Assembly: GCA_050084985.1 (NCBI GenBank)
Contig: JBITNC010000001.1
Coordinates: 3,534,001-3,598,000 of the forward strand
Direction: 5' to 3'
Length of the DNA: 64,000 nt
Source of the DNA: Nageia nagi
Lineage: Eukaryota > Plantae > Pinophyta
Part shown: positions 12,628 through 24,500 of the stretch, piece by piece
Layout: every line of letters starts with the position of its first letter
How positions within the stretch are numbered: position 1 is the stretch's first letter
Position numbers and translations under genes: made by a program
Notes under the pieces: generated by a model
Databases searched by the model: none
Seen by the model: only the letters and a program-made list of their open reading frames with translations
What the model was told of the DNA's origin: nothing

Positions 12628-15600
12628 TGTTGTGGAAACAATGTTAGTCTTTGGCATATGTAACTGACTTGTAACTGCAACTGTACATTATTCTCTTTGT
12701 AGACAGTACAGACATATTTTGGTAACTGTTAGAAAACTTTTGTAGCTTGTTGTAACTGTTTTTTTATGTAACAATAGTAGAATAGAGTGTGAAACACATT
12801 GTAGGAGCTAACACTCGCCCTGTACTTCAAGTTCTCAGAGAAAGCAATAGAAAAATATCAGTTTACCAGTCTGCTATGTTTTTTTCCTGACAATCCAGTA
12901 CAAAATTTTATGATAGCCCGCTGAAAACTTCAGAAGGCCATATCAAAAAGGACTCTTTGCATGAAATTAATTGTTTTGGATACCCTTTTTCATCCAGAAT
13001 CCAACCATCCCACTTTCGTCCAACATATTCATCATCTAACTAGAAAAGAAGCAAATGTCAACCATTTTATTTAAAGGGCTGCTCTCACAAGAGATTTTGT
13101 TCACGGTTTCCAATTAACCTATGATGTTAGGAGACCTTTGTGAAACTCTTTGGTTTGTAGCACTTTACAATATTTGGAAGAAAAGATGAAAGGCAACATT
13201 TGAAAAAAAACAGCTCTAGTGTATCACAAGAATTTTCTCATAGGCAAGTTCTAACCTATCAAATAAGTAAAATTTTAGTTATTCAGATAAAATGTTGTGC
13301 CCTCAATGCAATATTCTGTTTTTACAACATTCCGTTTTATGGACATTTGGAATTGCTTTTGGATTTTCGCCCTTCACAAGCTCAGGATTACAGAATTACC
13401 TTCAGAAATAGATAGAGCATCTCATGCCAATCATTTTGACAGGTTAAATGAAATGGTTTCATCAAGAAACAAGGAAGTTATTGCATTTGAAGTTCGTCCC
13501 AAAAGCCAGAATTCCAATATCGTACACGAGGGACCCTATTGTGTTCCAAATGAACACTTGTGTCAAATACAACCAATTAACTGACTAGGGTTTCCAAAAC
13601 CATCAACCACACCTTCTAGGCTCCAACATGGAGTCTCTCAGGCAGCCAACAACTCTCCAAACCAAACGTTGGGTTTCTAGGGCATCCAAGGCACCCTCAA
13701 TCTTGACGTCAACCTTCTCAAGCTGCCATTTGATCCTAGCAACTCAGAAATGCATATAATAGCAAGATCTCATTCATGGCACACTATCTTACTCGCATAC
13801 ACTGGAAAACCAACATAAACAAGCATACACATCCAACGCATGCACATATGAGATAATTAAGCAATATTCAATGAGATCCCAAAACCTTTGGATATGTATT
13901 ATTGAATATGAGAAAGACAATCATACAATGACCCAAAGGGCAAGCATAGGCTCTCAAGCCAATTCGGACATACACCAAATAAATGTAGAACAATGGGACA
14001 AATTCGCTCCCTCAGTCTTCGTTTCCTCCCCACCGAAGAGGCTCTCCACGAACACCAGATATCCAACTAAATGGAAGGAACAAACCCTCCGATTCCACCG
14101 GATGAGTTAGATGCTCCACCTAACCGTAGATGAATGGGATCCCTCATCCCAATCACCCTTTAAACGCTCCATCTAGGAAAATATACTCGGCACCGCCAAG
14201 CTCGGATAGTCACACGGACAAGACATAGAAATATCAATAAGTCGGCTAACATCCAAATGAGCTCCCCTCGAGTATTTATAAGTTCCAATCAATAATTCAC
14301 CTCGAAGTCATCCATAAGCCTTCTAATCGAACGTTGGGTATCTGGAGGGGCCCAATGACTTAACGCACCATTAGGATGTCTCGAAATGCCAACGCAGCAC
14401 ATAAGGCCTAGTAATGCCAACATGGGGTCCCAGTCAACCTAAAGTGTCAACGTGGGGTTCCTAGAAGCCTAGTAAGCCAACGTTGAGGTGTGGGGCCCTC
14501 CTTGAGGTGGCGCAAGCATGATGACCATCCTGGAACACTAGGACTTGTTGGGATTCCCACAACTCAAGATCTCCAATCCTACAACACACTAACATGACTA
14601 CTTAAGAGAGAGACGTCCCGCTAGGACTCACAAGTGGGGTCCACATGACCCAATATGTCTCTTGTCTTATGCTACAAACATGAACATGACCAAATACAAG
14701 GGATATCTCTAAGATATCTGCTTGACAACTACAAATTGGCACTATAGTACAAAAGGAATATCATAGACCCACTTTATTAATTTATTATATTTAGTGTCAT
14801 TTGTGGCACTTGAAATTAATAGTCTGACCCTATGAGGGGTATTAGGAGTGAATTTGATTTAGATTAGGAGTCATTAATATTTTACTAATAAATGTGGGCC
14901 ATATTTGTAAATTAAGGAACATATTTACTCCTCAATATGGGACGCCCAATATAGGAAGGTTTATTTCATTAATTAGGAGTGATTTATTATCTAGATTGGG
15001 TCGACCAACCACAAATTAGAAAAGGACTTCTCCTAGCTCACCATAAAAGAGAGGTGAGCACCTCATTTGAATACATCATCATCGGAGCTTATTGATCTTT
15101 ACATCTCGAGTTTTGGAGATTTGCCCTTCTCTTCCTTCTATGGTGTAGGAGATGTACCCTAGCCTAGAAGTGGCAAATTCGCTATTCCTTGCATTATTCA
15201 GCTTGTAAGTGACTTGCACCACACTTGGAGGCATTCGGGAGACTTGCACCACACCCTCAAGCCCTTGGGAGACCAACAATTAGCCTTGGAGACTTATTGA
15301 GTACATTTTGTGATGCCCTAGAACTTGTTACAGGCTGATTAATTATATATGATATTTTGACTCTCATATTGATTCGATGTATGAATGAATGAATGCATGA
15401 GAATTAAGGTGATTGGATGCATAATTTTGTTACATAACAGATTTGCATTTGTGCCCTAGTTTGAATGATTTATATGATATAAAGAGCATTATTTTTGTTA
15501 CATATCAAATCTGGTTATTACTGTGATAATTCAGTATTGAGTGGATGTTAAGTGTTTTCAGTTTTCCCCTATTTTGATGGATAAATGGTAAATTAGAATT

Positions 15601-15650
15601 GAGTATTTGCATGATCCCTAGTTAGGCTCATTTCACTCACCCATTGGTGC
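12628..15650 (+). mobile_element. LTR-like non-coding remnant interrupting the copia element; right boundary uncertain
   Basis: Starts TGTTG exactly where the copia frame breaks, is non-coding, has a TATA-like CATAAAAG near 15042, and hosts the solo LTR at 13527-14746. No right-hand TSD was found. Confidence 0.4.
13527..14746 (-). mobile_element. Solo LTR (1,220 bp) related to the LTRs of the 16761-30450 element
   Basis: Perfect TSD GTACA (13522-13526 / 14747-14751) and mutated termini (minus strand TATAGTGCC...GGGTCCCTCG). Shares blocks with 16761-18004, e.g. ATGAGATCCCAAA...TGTATTA.TGA and GGGATTCCCACAA. Confidence 0.8.
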
Positions 15651-16097
15651 CCAAGCATGCACCTTTGGTAGGTTCCTTGATTTCATAGCACAAGAATTTT
15701 GTTCTAATGATAAATTGTAAATACAATACATTTTTCCAATGAATCATTTTTCATAGAACAAAATTACAATTTGACCTTGTGATGACTAGTCTTGACATTG
15801 GTAGTTGTTTTCTATTTGGTTAGCACTTTAAATTTCATTTAACATTATATAGAAGGGTAACAACATGAAATACAAATACTTATGCTTAATTCCAGCATTT
15901 AAAACAAATGCACATGATTGATCCTTTCCACTTGTAACCTTGACCTTTTTACTCTCATAAAAATAATGATATCATAAGCACCATGTGGGATTGCTCCCTC
16001 CATGGTACTTGATGTTTTTGGAAATTATGAAAGTATAATTTTCAATTAAATTCAAATAACACAAAGAAACAATCCATATGGGATTGCTCCCTCCATA

Positions 16098-16616
16098 TTA
16101 TTGGTTCCATGTGACCAACTTGTAACCAAGAGAAAAACAATTACAAGTAGATTTCCAATCATCCAAGCTACCTTCCCAAGAAGAATCACTAAAACTAACA
16201 AGCTTCATATCATTAGTTGCATAGTAATGAATGCTGAAATGAAGAGTGTCTTTCATATAGCTTGAGATTCTCTTGGCAACCTTCAAATGAATTAGAGATG
16301 GTTCGTTAATGTACCTTGAAACAAGAGAAATAGCATAAGTAATGTCTAATCTAGTGGTAGTGATAAACACCAAACTTCCCACAATGCTCCTATAACCTAT
16401 CAAATCTACATTCTCACCTCCATCATCTTTGCATAACATTTCTCCACAAGCAATAGGAATGGAAACTGGTTTGCAATCCTTGATGCTATATTTCTTCGAC
16501 GTATCTTCAGAATACTCAATTTGGAAAATGAAAATCTCATCTTCATGTTTATGAACCTCCATTCCAAGGAAATAATGCATCAACCACAAAATTTTCATTT
16601 CAAACTCATGTAGCAA
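16098..16616 (-). pseudogene. Ty1/copia reverse transcriptase C-terminus / RNase H start fragment
   Basis: Translation FEMK...YFLGMEV...YRSIVGSLVFITTTRLDITYAISLVSRY...HLKVAKRI...FSDSSWEGSLDDWKST matches copia RT/RH motifs. Confidence 0.9.
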
Positions 16617-16760
16617 ACTCTGAATGAAATTCTACAATTGAAAAATGAAAGAATTTATATTGCTCAACTATAGTATCAAGTTTCAACCAATAATCAAACT
16701 AAAGATAAGTGTAAGATTGTTAGTAATATGAAAGGATGTATGGAACATTGCCTAGATCGT

Positions 16761-18004
16761 TGTAAAGTCCCAATCACAAATTCAAATGCAATTAAGCAAA
16801 TTCAATCACATAAACACCCACATCTGGCCTAGAAGGGCAAATGCAAGCATAAACTACCTCAATATGCCAACGTCAGATCTAGGGCATCAAATACAAGCAT
16901 AATCAACACGAGCATCAAATACAAGCTTAATCAGCATGGGCATCAAATACAAGCTTAATCAACACAATAATGCCAACGTCTGGCTCATACATGAATTAAT
17001 TAATCAAGCTAATATGAGATCCCAAATGCCCACGGCTTGTATTAATGATATGGAATGGACAATGATACAATACTAGGCCCACAAGGCTCAACATTGGCCT
17101 CCAAGAAGCCAACTAGGGCACAATGAACATACAGATGTGATCAATGCTGGAATGGCGGACTTAAGGATGGGGCAGCCTCACTCCCTCAGACCTGGATGCT
17201 CTGTTGCAGAACTTCCACGCCTGGTAACCATTGAAGGTAGGAATGCGACCTCGGAATGCCACTAGATGGACCAAGATGTTGCACCTTAGTCGTAGATCAA
17301 CACGATCCCTCAGCCTATTAACCCTCTTAGATGTTGCACCTAGGATGTGCTTGACGTTGCGCCAAGACTGGTGTCTACTAAACAGTATAAGCAATAACAA
17401 TAATTCTATATATCCAACAATGATGCTCCAAGGCCTAATATAGCTCACCCTCGATCTGGATCTCAACTCAAAGTCATCACCCAGCCCCTCAAACCCCAAC
17501 GATGGTGCCTAAGGCTCATTCCAAGCCTAACATGGGTATATGGGCCTCCCTTACACTCCACGTGGGTCCTCAAGCTCAACGTCGTCCTTACAGGGCATGC
17601 ATGGGTCAAGGAGGCATACGTGGGTATCTAGGAGGCATGTGTGGGTGTCATGGGCCAACATGGAGGTCTAGGAGTCTCCCCAAGGTTGGCGCATGTGTAC
17701 AAGTGCTCCCAATCTCAACGTTGGAGCCATTAAGTGATTATATATGCTCTAGTAGTGTCTGAATGCTAAATAAACCTTGGGATTCCCACAATCACTTTTT
17801 GGGATCTCCAAGTACATTAAATCACACTAAGCTACACTTGGGAGGGAGACATCCCACTTGGGGTTCATAGCGGGGTCAAACAGCCCTTTATGTCTTCTAT
17901 CCCAAGTAATACAACTAAAGCAACATTAAATAAGTAAATATGTACAAAGAGGAATTCGTAGGATTCCTTATAATTAATTACAATAATCAAAGGGGGACGT
18001 CACA
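16761..18004 (-). repeat. 3' LTR (1,244 bp)
   Basis: TGTAAAGTCCC...GGGGACGTCACA on +, aligning along its length with 29320-30450. A polypurine tract is adjacent (minus strand GAGAGGAGAGGGTT). Confidence 0.9.
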
Positions 18005-18238
18005 AACCCTCTCCTCTCGAATTGCTTGCCCTCAAGCAATTGTAGAATGCTGCAACATATTGTCTTCCAATAATCCTTTGGCCTTGTTGACTGTAATCTG
18101 CTCGAGTGGAATGCAACTCTAATAAGCCTCCTCCATGGTGAAGATCTTGCATGAAACGTTGAATTTGCCTCCTCATGTGTCAACATTGCATGCAAAAATC
18201 ATGATATGTTGCTCAGGTCCAATCTGTTGCTATCACTC

Positions 18239-20424
18239 TATTGTGACTAAACACAACACACCCCAAAATCCTGCGATTTTGGGAACCCTCACTAACTCGT
18301 CTACATATAGGCTCATGTTTTTGTCTCCTCTAATTCAAGTGGTTTTGTAAGAGCCTGGATATTATGTTGAGTTGTCCCAAGCCTAAGTCTAATCAATCGC
18401 CCGATCTTAGTCATGTTGAGCCAAAATCTGAAATTTCTCAAAAAATTGGTTAAATCTGGAAAACCAAAAAGTCAATCTTAGGTGAACCAAGGCAAGTTGG
18501 GACGGAGTCACGTCAAACTGGGCCATTCCTAGTGCTGGCGCATGGTTTCAAAAGAAAAAATCTTGTCTTTTTGAAACATGCGACTGGGTCAGGGAGTCAC
18601 CCAGACTGAAGTTAATTCCCAAAAAAGCAATCTGGATCAGTTTGAAGCTTGGCGCATGCCTCAAAAAGACAAAATCGTACCATGCAACCAAGTCAGGGAA
18701 CACTTTGGACCGGAGTTAAGTTTGAAAAAGACAAGACAAGGACATTTCAAGGCTATCGCATGATTTCAAAAGACAAAAATCTTGTCTTTTTGAACCATGC
18801 AACCAAGCTGGAAGGAGTAACTGGGCAAGTTTGAGGATCAGGAAGTGAACCCTAGGCATCTAGGAGGGTAGCGCATGCCTCAAAAAGACAAAATCTTGTC
18901 TTTTTGAACCATGCGCCAAGCCTAGAAGGGCTTCCAATTCGAGCAACAGGGAAAAATTTGACAAGTTATGGAACCAGAAACCTCAAGATTAGCTCAAGCA
19001 CACCCAGAGGGGTTGGCGCATGATCTCAAAAGACAAATTCTTGACTTTTTGAGGCATGCACCAAGCCTAGGAAGCCTTCAAGATCTAGGAAAGACAAATT
19101 TGGCAAAGGCACGAAGAAAAGAACATGCACAAACAAAAAATTTGCCATCTGGAGGCTGTAGCATCATTCAAAAAGAAAAAATCTTGACTTTTTGAACCAT
19201 GCGACCAATCTAGAAGAGCAGGAGAAGCTGTCGCATGTTTCAAAAGGACACAATCTTGACTTTTTGAAACATGCGCCAAACTTAGGGAGTGCCTAGGTTG
19301 AGATGAAAGATGAAATTTAACAAGCCTAGGCACCAGAAAGATCAAAAATCAAGAAGATCAGGTCACAGGATAAGAAAGATCAAAGATGAAATTTGTGATC
19401 TATGAGGATTTGCTCCCACAAACTTCGATGACATCTTGTAATGCCATGTGGCATATTTTTGTTGGACCATGCTTTATTCTTTGGAAATTGTAATTAGGGT
19501 TAGGGCAACACTTTGAGCTGCAACAAAACTATATATAGCCCATTTGGGTTCATTTGTAAGAGAGGAGACATTTGTGCAAATAGGAACACTTATACAATAT
19601 TTTCAAACTTGCAAATTTCCCTTTTTCACAATTGTGATATAAATCTCAAGTAATTGAAGTGAGCATGTTTTTATTTGAGGCTTTGGATGTGATTGTGTTA
19701 TTTATCCATGCTATCTTGAATGTTTGGTTCATTTTGTAAATCTTCTAAAAGGTGGATAAAAGAATGCTTGTAAATCTTTTGAAACATTTTAAGTGGTGTG
19801 TGTGGTTGTAACATTTTATAGTCTGCACATTGGATTAGTGTCTTCCGAGAGAACTCGCATATGTCGTTTGACCTAGGAACTTCATTCCATGTTTGAGTCT
19901 TACCCCATCCTATCTTACCTTTCCATCGCTTCAACTTCAAGCTCCCCTTGTTGAGGTATTCGTGTTGTTGCCTCACAAGACGGATCGGGAATGCGTGGAA
20001 CCTAGATCAAACCCGTGCGAGTCCAATCTCTAAAATTCATACTAGTCGGTGAGAACATTGCCCTAGAACCCCATTCATTTATCACCGTCTCTTCACAAAA
20101 CTTTTTCTTTATTTTTCTATTTTTTGCGTGGCTTTTGCAACAAACTCTTTTTATTTTCTATTTTCTTTGAGAAACAACCTTACAAGATTAGCGACCCTTC
20201 AAGTCTTTGAGTAACAAATTTCATATGAGTTGGAAACAACTTTAGAGATCTCCACCAAATCACCTGAGTGAACCCCTGCATCCTTCACTTCCTAACCTTT
20301 GAGGTAAACAGTCCTCAAAGCAGGTAGGGGTAACGCCCTACCACTTAGGTGTTGGAGTCTTTCCACTAGGCTTTGCGATACCATTTTCCAATTTGCAAGG
20401 GTAGGAAAGAAAAAGCCCCCAACA
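18239..20424 (+). mobile_element. Family-A module, copy 2 (2.2 kb, ORF entirely deleted)
   Basis: TATTGTGACT...CCCCCAACA with TSD CACTC (18234-18238) / AACTC (20425-20429). About 7 palindromes at 18535-19280; deletion junction near 19400. Confidence 0.88.
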
Positions 20425-20609
20425 AACTCTACATTAAGTACCAAAATGCCTGCAAACATTTTGGTGCCACCATCCTCAAAAAGCATAGATGTGTATGCAC
20501 AGATGCTGATGCATTCATCCATGCTAGGCATCTACTTGTGGCAGTGGACATGTGGAAAATTCTTGGGAGATTTACCTACAAAAACATCAAGTAAATCAAG
20601 CATGACTCC

Positions 20610-21240
20610 ATGGTTGTGGCCAAGCCTCCCCCAAGCTCAACATTGAATACCAAACTCTCCCAACTGCCAACGTGGAGTCCCAATTCTTCCTGATTTCCAA
20701 CGTGGGATACCAGACTTCCTTCAAGCCCATCGGAAGGTGTTGCAGCCTCTCCATGCTCAATGAGGGATGCCAAGACTCTCTCATGCCCAACATCAGGTGC
20801 CCAAGCCTATCCAGGTCCAATGTGGAATGCCAAAACTCCATCATGTCGGACGTTGGGTGCCTAAGCCTCCCTAACCCAACATGAGATGTTAGAACTCCTC
20901 TATGCCAAACATTGGGTGCCTAAGCCTCACCAAACACAGCGTGAGATGCCAAAACTCCTCCATGCCCATCGTCAGGTACCCAAACCCTTGGGTGTCCCAC
21001 GTTAGATGTAGAAGCTCCTCCAAGTCCAACGTCAAGTGCCAAGCCTTCTCAATGTCCCACGTGAGGGGTAGTGCTCCTCCATGTCCAACGTGGGGTGCAG
21101 AAGCCCCTACAAGCTCAATGTCAAATGCCAAGGCTCCTTTATGTCCAACATGGGGTGTTGAAGCTCATCATTGCTCCTTGTCTGCCTCCAAAGTTCCTCC
21201 ATGTTCAACATAGGCTCATCTTCTTCCTCCTATTTCTGAC
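20610..21240. repeat. Degenerate 30-bp tandem array (~20 units) in the internal region of the gypsy element
   Basis: Recurring CCAAC(G/A)TnGG(G/A)TGCCnAAGCnTCCnnnATG with ~30-bp period; the ORF track shows 10-aa periodicity (20596-20844, 20889-21131). Confidence 0.75.
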
Positions 21241-21547
21241 ATAGCTCAATCACCTCTAGTCTTTTGTTGGTGACTTATGGGCAATCATCCTAAATTCCCT
21301 GTAAGGTGTGGGTCTTACCATCAATATTGAAGCTCATGGTGAGCTTCTTGTAGTTGGTGCAAATGTCACCCAACTCGAATAGCCACTGTACTCACAAGAT
21401 GATGTGAGGATGTCCCTTTAAAGGATAGACATAAAAATCTTCACTCATCGTGTAGTTTTGCAGTCTGACTCCAAATCTCTCAACGATTTGGTCCACCAAA
21501 GTGAGTTTCCCTTTGGCATTGGAAACTTTGAAACCTTCAAACCCCTT

Positions 21548-24500
21548 TGTTGGGTGTTTTTTCTTTTCTACCCCTGTTGGTTGGCAAATGGTATCACAAG
21601 GCCTTTGGAAAGACTCCAACACCTGAGTAGTAGGGCATGACCCCTACCCGCTATGAGGACTTTTACCCCAAAGGTTTGAAAGTGAAGGGTGTAAGGGTTC
21701 ACTCAAGTGATAAGGTGGAGATGTTTGAAGCTGTTACCAACTCAAATAATATTTGTTAACCAAGGACTCGAAGGGTCCCTCATCCAGAAATAGTTGTTTC
21801 TCAAGAAAGAAAGAAAAAGTAACAGATTTGTTGCGAAAGCCGTGCAAAAGAAATTAAAAAAAATAAAAAAGGGGCTTTTGAGAAGATGGTGATATTGAGT
21901 TCAGCTCTAGGGCAATATTCTCACCGACTAGTGTGGGTTTTAAAGACTAGACTCACACAGGTTTGGCCTAGGTTCCACGCATTCTAATCCGACTTAAAAG
22001 GCAACGACACGAGTGTCCTAACAAGGGGAGCTTGAAGCTGAGGCGATGGAAAGCCAAGATAAGATGTGGGTAAAACTCAAACATAAAATGAAGTTCCTAG
22101 ATTAAACAACATATGCGAGTCATCTTAGAAGAGACTAATCCAATGTGCAAACTATGGAACATCACAACCATACACCGCTTGAAATGTTTCAAAAAGATTT
22201 TCAAGCACTCTTTTGTCCACCTATAATACATTTACAAAATGTCCCAAGCATTCAAGATAGCATAAAGATATAGCACACATTCACATCCATAGTCTCAAAT
22301 GAAAACATGCTCACTTCAATTACTTGGAATTTATATCACAATCACAAAAGGGAAAACTTGCAAGTTTGAAAGTATTGTGTAAGTAGCCCAATTTGCAATA
22401 ATATCTAATCTGCTTACAAATGAGCCCAAATGGGCTATATATAGTTTTTGTGGCAACTCAAAGTATTGCCCTAACCCTAATTGCAATTTCCAAGAAATAA
22501 AGTATGGTCCAACAAAAAATACGCCAAATGGCATTACAAGATATCATCCAAGTTTGTGGGAGCAAATCCTCATCCATCACAAACTTGGGAATTTATTAAC
22601 AATTAAATAAAAGTTTCTCCGAAATAATTATGAATTATAATAATAAAAATAAATAATATGACTAGGCGGTTGGTGGGCCCAAGACCTCAACATGTCCCTT
22701 GAAGTCATCATCCAAAAATTTAGCCGTTAGCTCCAATCCATGCAACATCTCTGACAACTTCGGTCCATTCTTCATCACACAGCGCTCCACTTTCTCAACC
22801 ATCTTCAACATATCTCTTTCCCATGCATGGGCTTTGAGTAAGTGCTCCAAATGACTACCAGTCTGGAAAGTGTTGATGTCCTCGGTCATGACCAGGCTGT
22901 GTAGAAAGTGTCTCACTTCTACCTTACAAGGTCTCTATCACGAATGGCAGTGTCATCTTCAATGAACCTGACCTAGAACTCCATTTGCTCAAGACAAGTG
23001 TTTGCCTTATCGTTAAGCTTTTGGACGTCTTTATGAACCTCTTGAAATCAAGTGGCTATTTGGTTAACCACTCCCAAATAAAACCAATACTCCTCACAAA
23101 ACTTTACATCCTTCAACCTCTAATCTGTGTCATTTTGAATTGCATGATCATGGGCTTTCTGGAATCCAAAATCCTAAGAAGACTGGTTCTCTCCACCACA
23201 ATGTCTTTAAGCTTTTATTCTTCAAATGCTACCCTTTCCAATGCCCTAGTAAATTGTTGTATTGTTGCCAAGACCTCATCTACATGCTTTTGTTTAACTG
23301 CAATCATACCCTCCTTGAGCAGTTTGATCTTTAAGAGCTCCTTTGTGGGTACCTTAGCCAATTCTAACTCTCTGGTCAACTTCTCCTGTGCGGCTAACTC
23401 CTTCTTGAGGCTTTTGATCTCTTTGTCTTTCATCATACCATCCTTGGTGATGGCCTCAGCGTTGGAGATGATTGCATGTTTCCGACTAGCCAAACCAATC
23501 AGACATGTGTTGATGATTTGGTTGATCTACCTAAGGTATTCAGGATGTTGTGGATTCTCCTTATCAGCTATTATAGTCTTGATATGTATGACATTATTAG
23601 CTAAGTGCACATATGTCTGGGTCTTCCTCGAGCGAGTGGAGCTCTCTCCTATTTGATCATCCTTCTCTCTCGCCTCAAATTCTTCCCCGATAGTCATGTT
23701 AAACACATCAAGACACTCCTCCATGTTGACACCTTGTTCATTCGTGGGTGATGGTTGATGAGTCTCCACAACTGCCTCCTGAATAGTAACAGCATTCTTC
23801 TTTACTCTCTTCGAGGGTCTCTCTCCTCCTTGCTCATTGTGTTCACCTGAAGCTCTTGTGGCTCGTAACTGCGAAGTTCTCTTCAATCGAGCTCTCTTTT
23901 GTACTGTCTCCGACACTAGCTCCCTACCGTTCTCTGCGGATGGCTCTAAGGTTACTGGCTTATGAGTCCCTTCCAATATCTCCACGGACTCATCCTGTTG
24001 TTGTGGATCTGGAATCTCCTCATCCTGGGGTGCTTTCACTTGTTGTTCATCTTCTGATTCGCCAATCTCCCCTTCCTCTTGATCCTCGTCTGGTCTATAC
24101 AAGGGACTGGAAGATGAAGACCTGGATGGTGGAACAATGAGTGAAGGCCTTGCTGCTATGGTTCTTGGTGGTCTAGACAGTGGAGATGGATCTTGTCATC
24201 TGTTCCTAACGCACCTCACCACCTTGTCTGTAGCCACATGTTCTAACTCCCTCGTGTCATGCTCATCCATGGTGGCTTGCACTTGTCGCACCACTTGCTC
24301 GACTGGATTCTTGCCACACATACGCATATTGTCCAACTGGTGTCTCAACAACAAGAGGGAATTATGTGACCCTAGAGGTAGACTCTTGAGGTTTTCTCCC
24401 CTTATTCTGCGAGAGCCTTTTGTTGATGGTTGTTTCCACACATTGTTGTTGATCATTTGCATTCTTATGCATCCTTTCCCTTATCTTCTTCATTTCTACC

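Noticed and set aside
17161-17762. ORFs of 70-127 aa inside the chromovirus LTRs (also 29553-30261)
   Set aside because: The frames are not preserved between the two LTR copies (indels, different lengths) and carry no motifs, so they are treated as chance ORFs.
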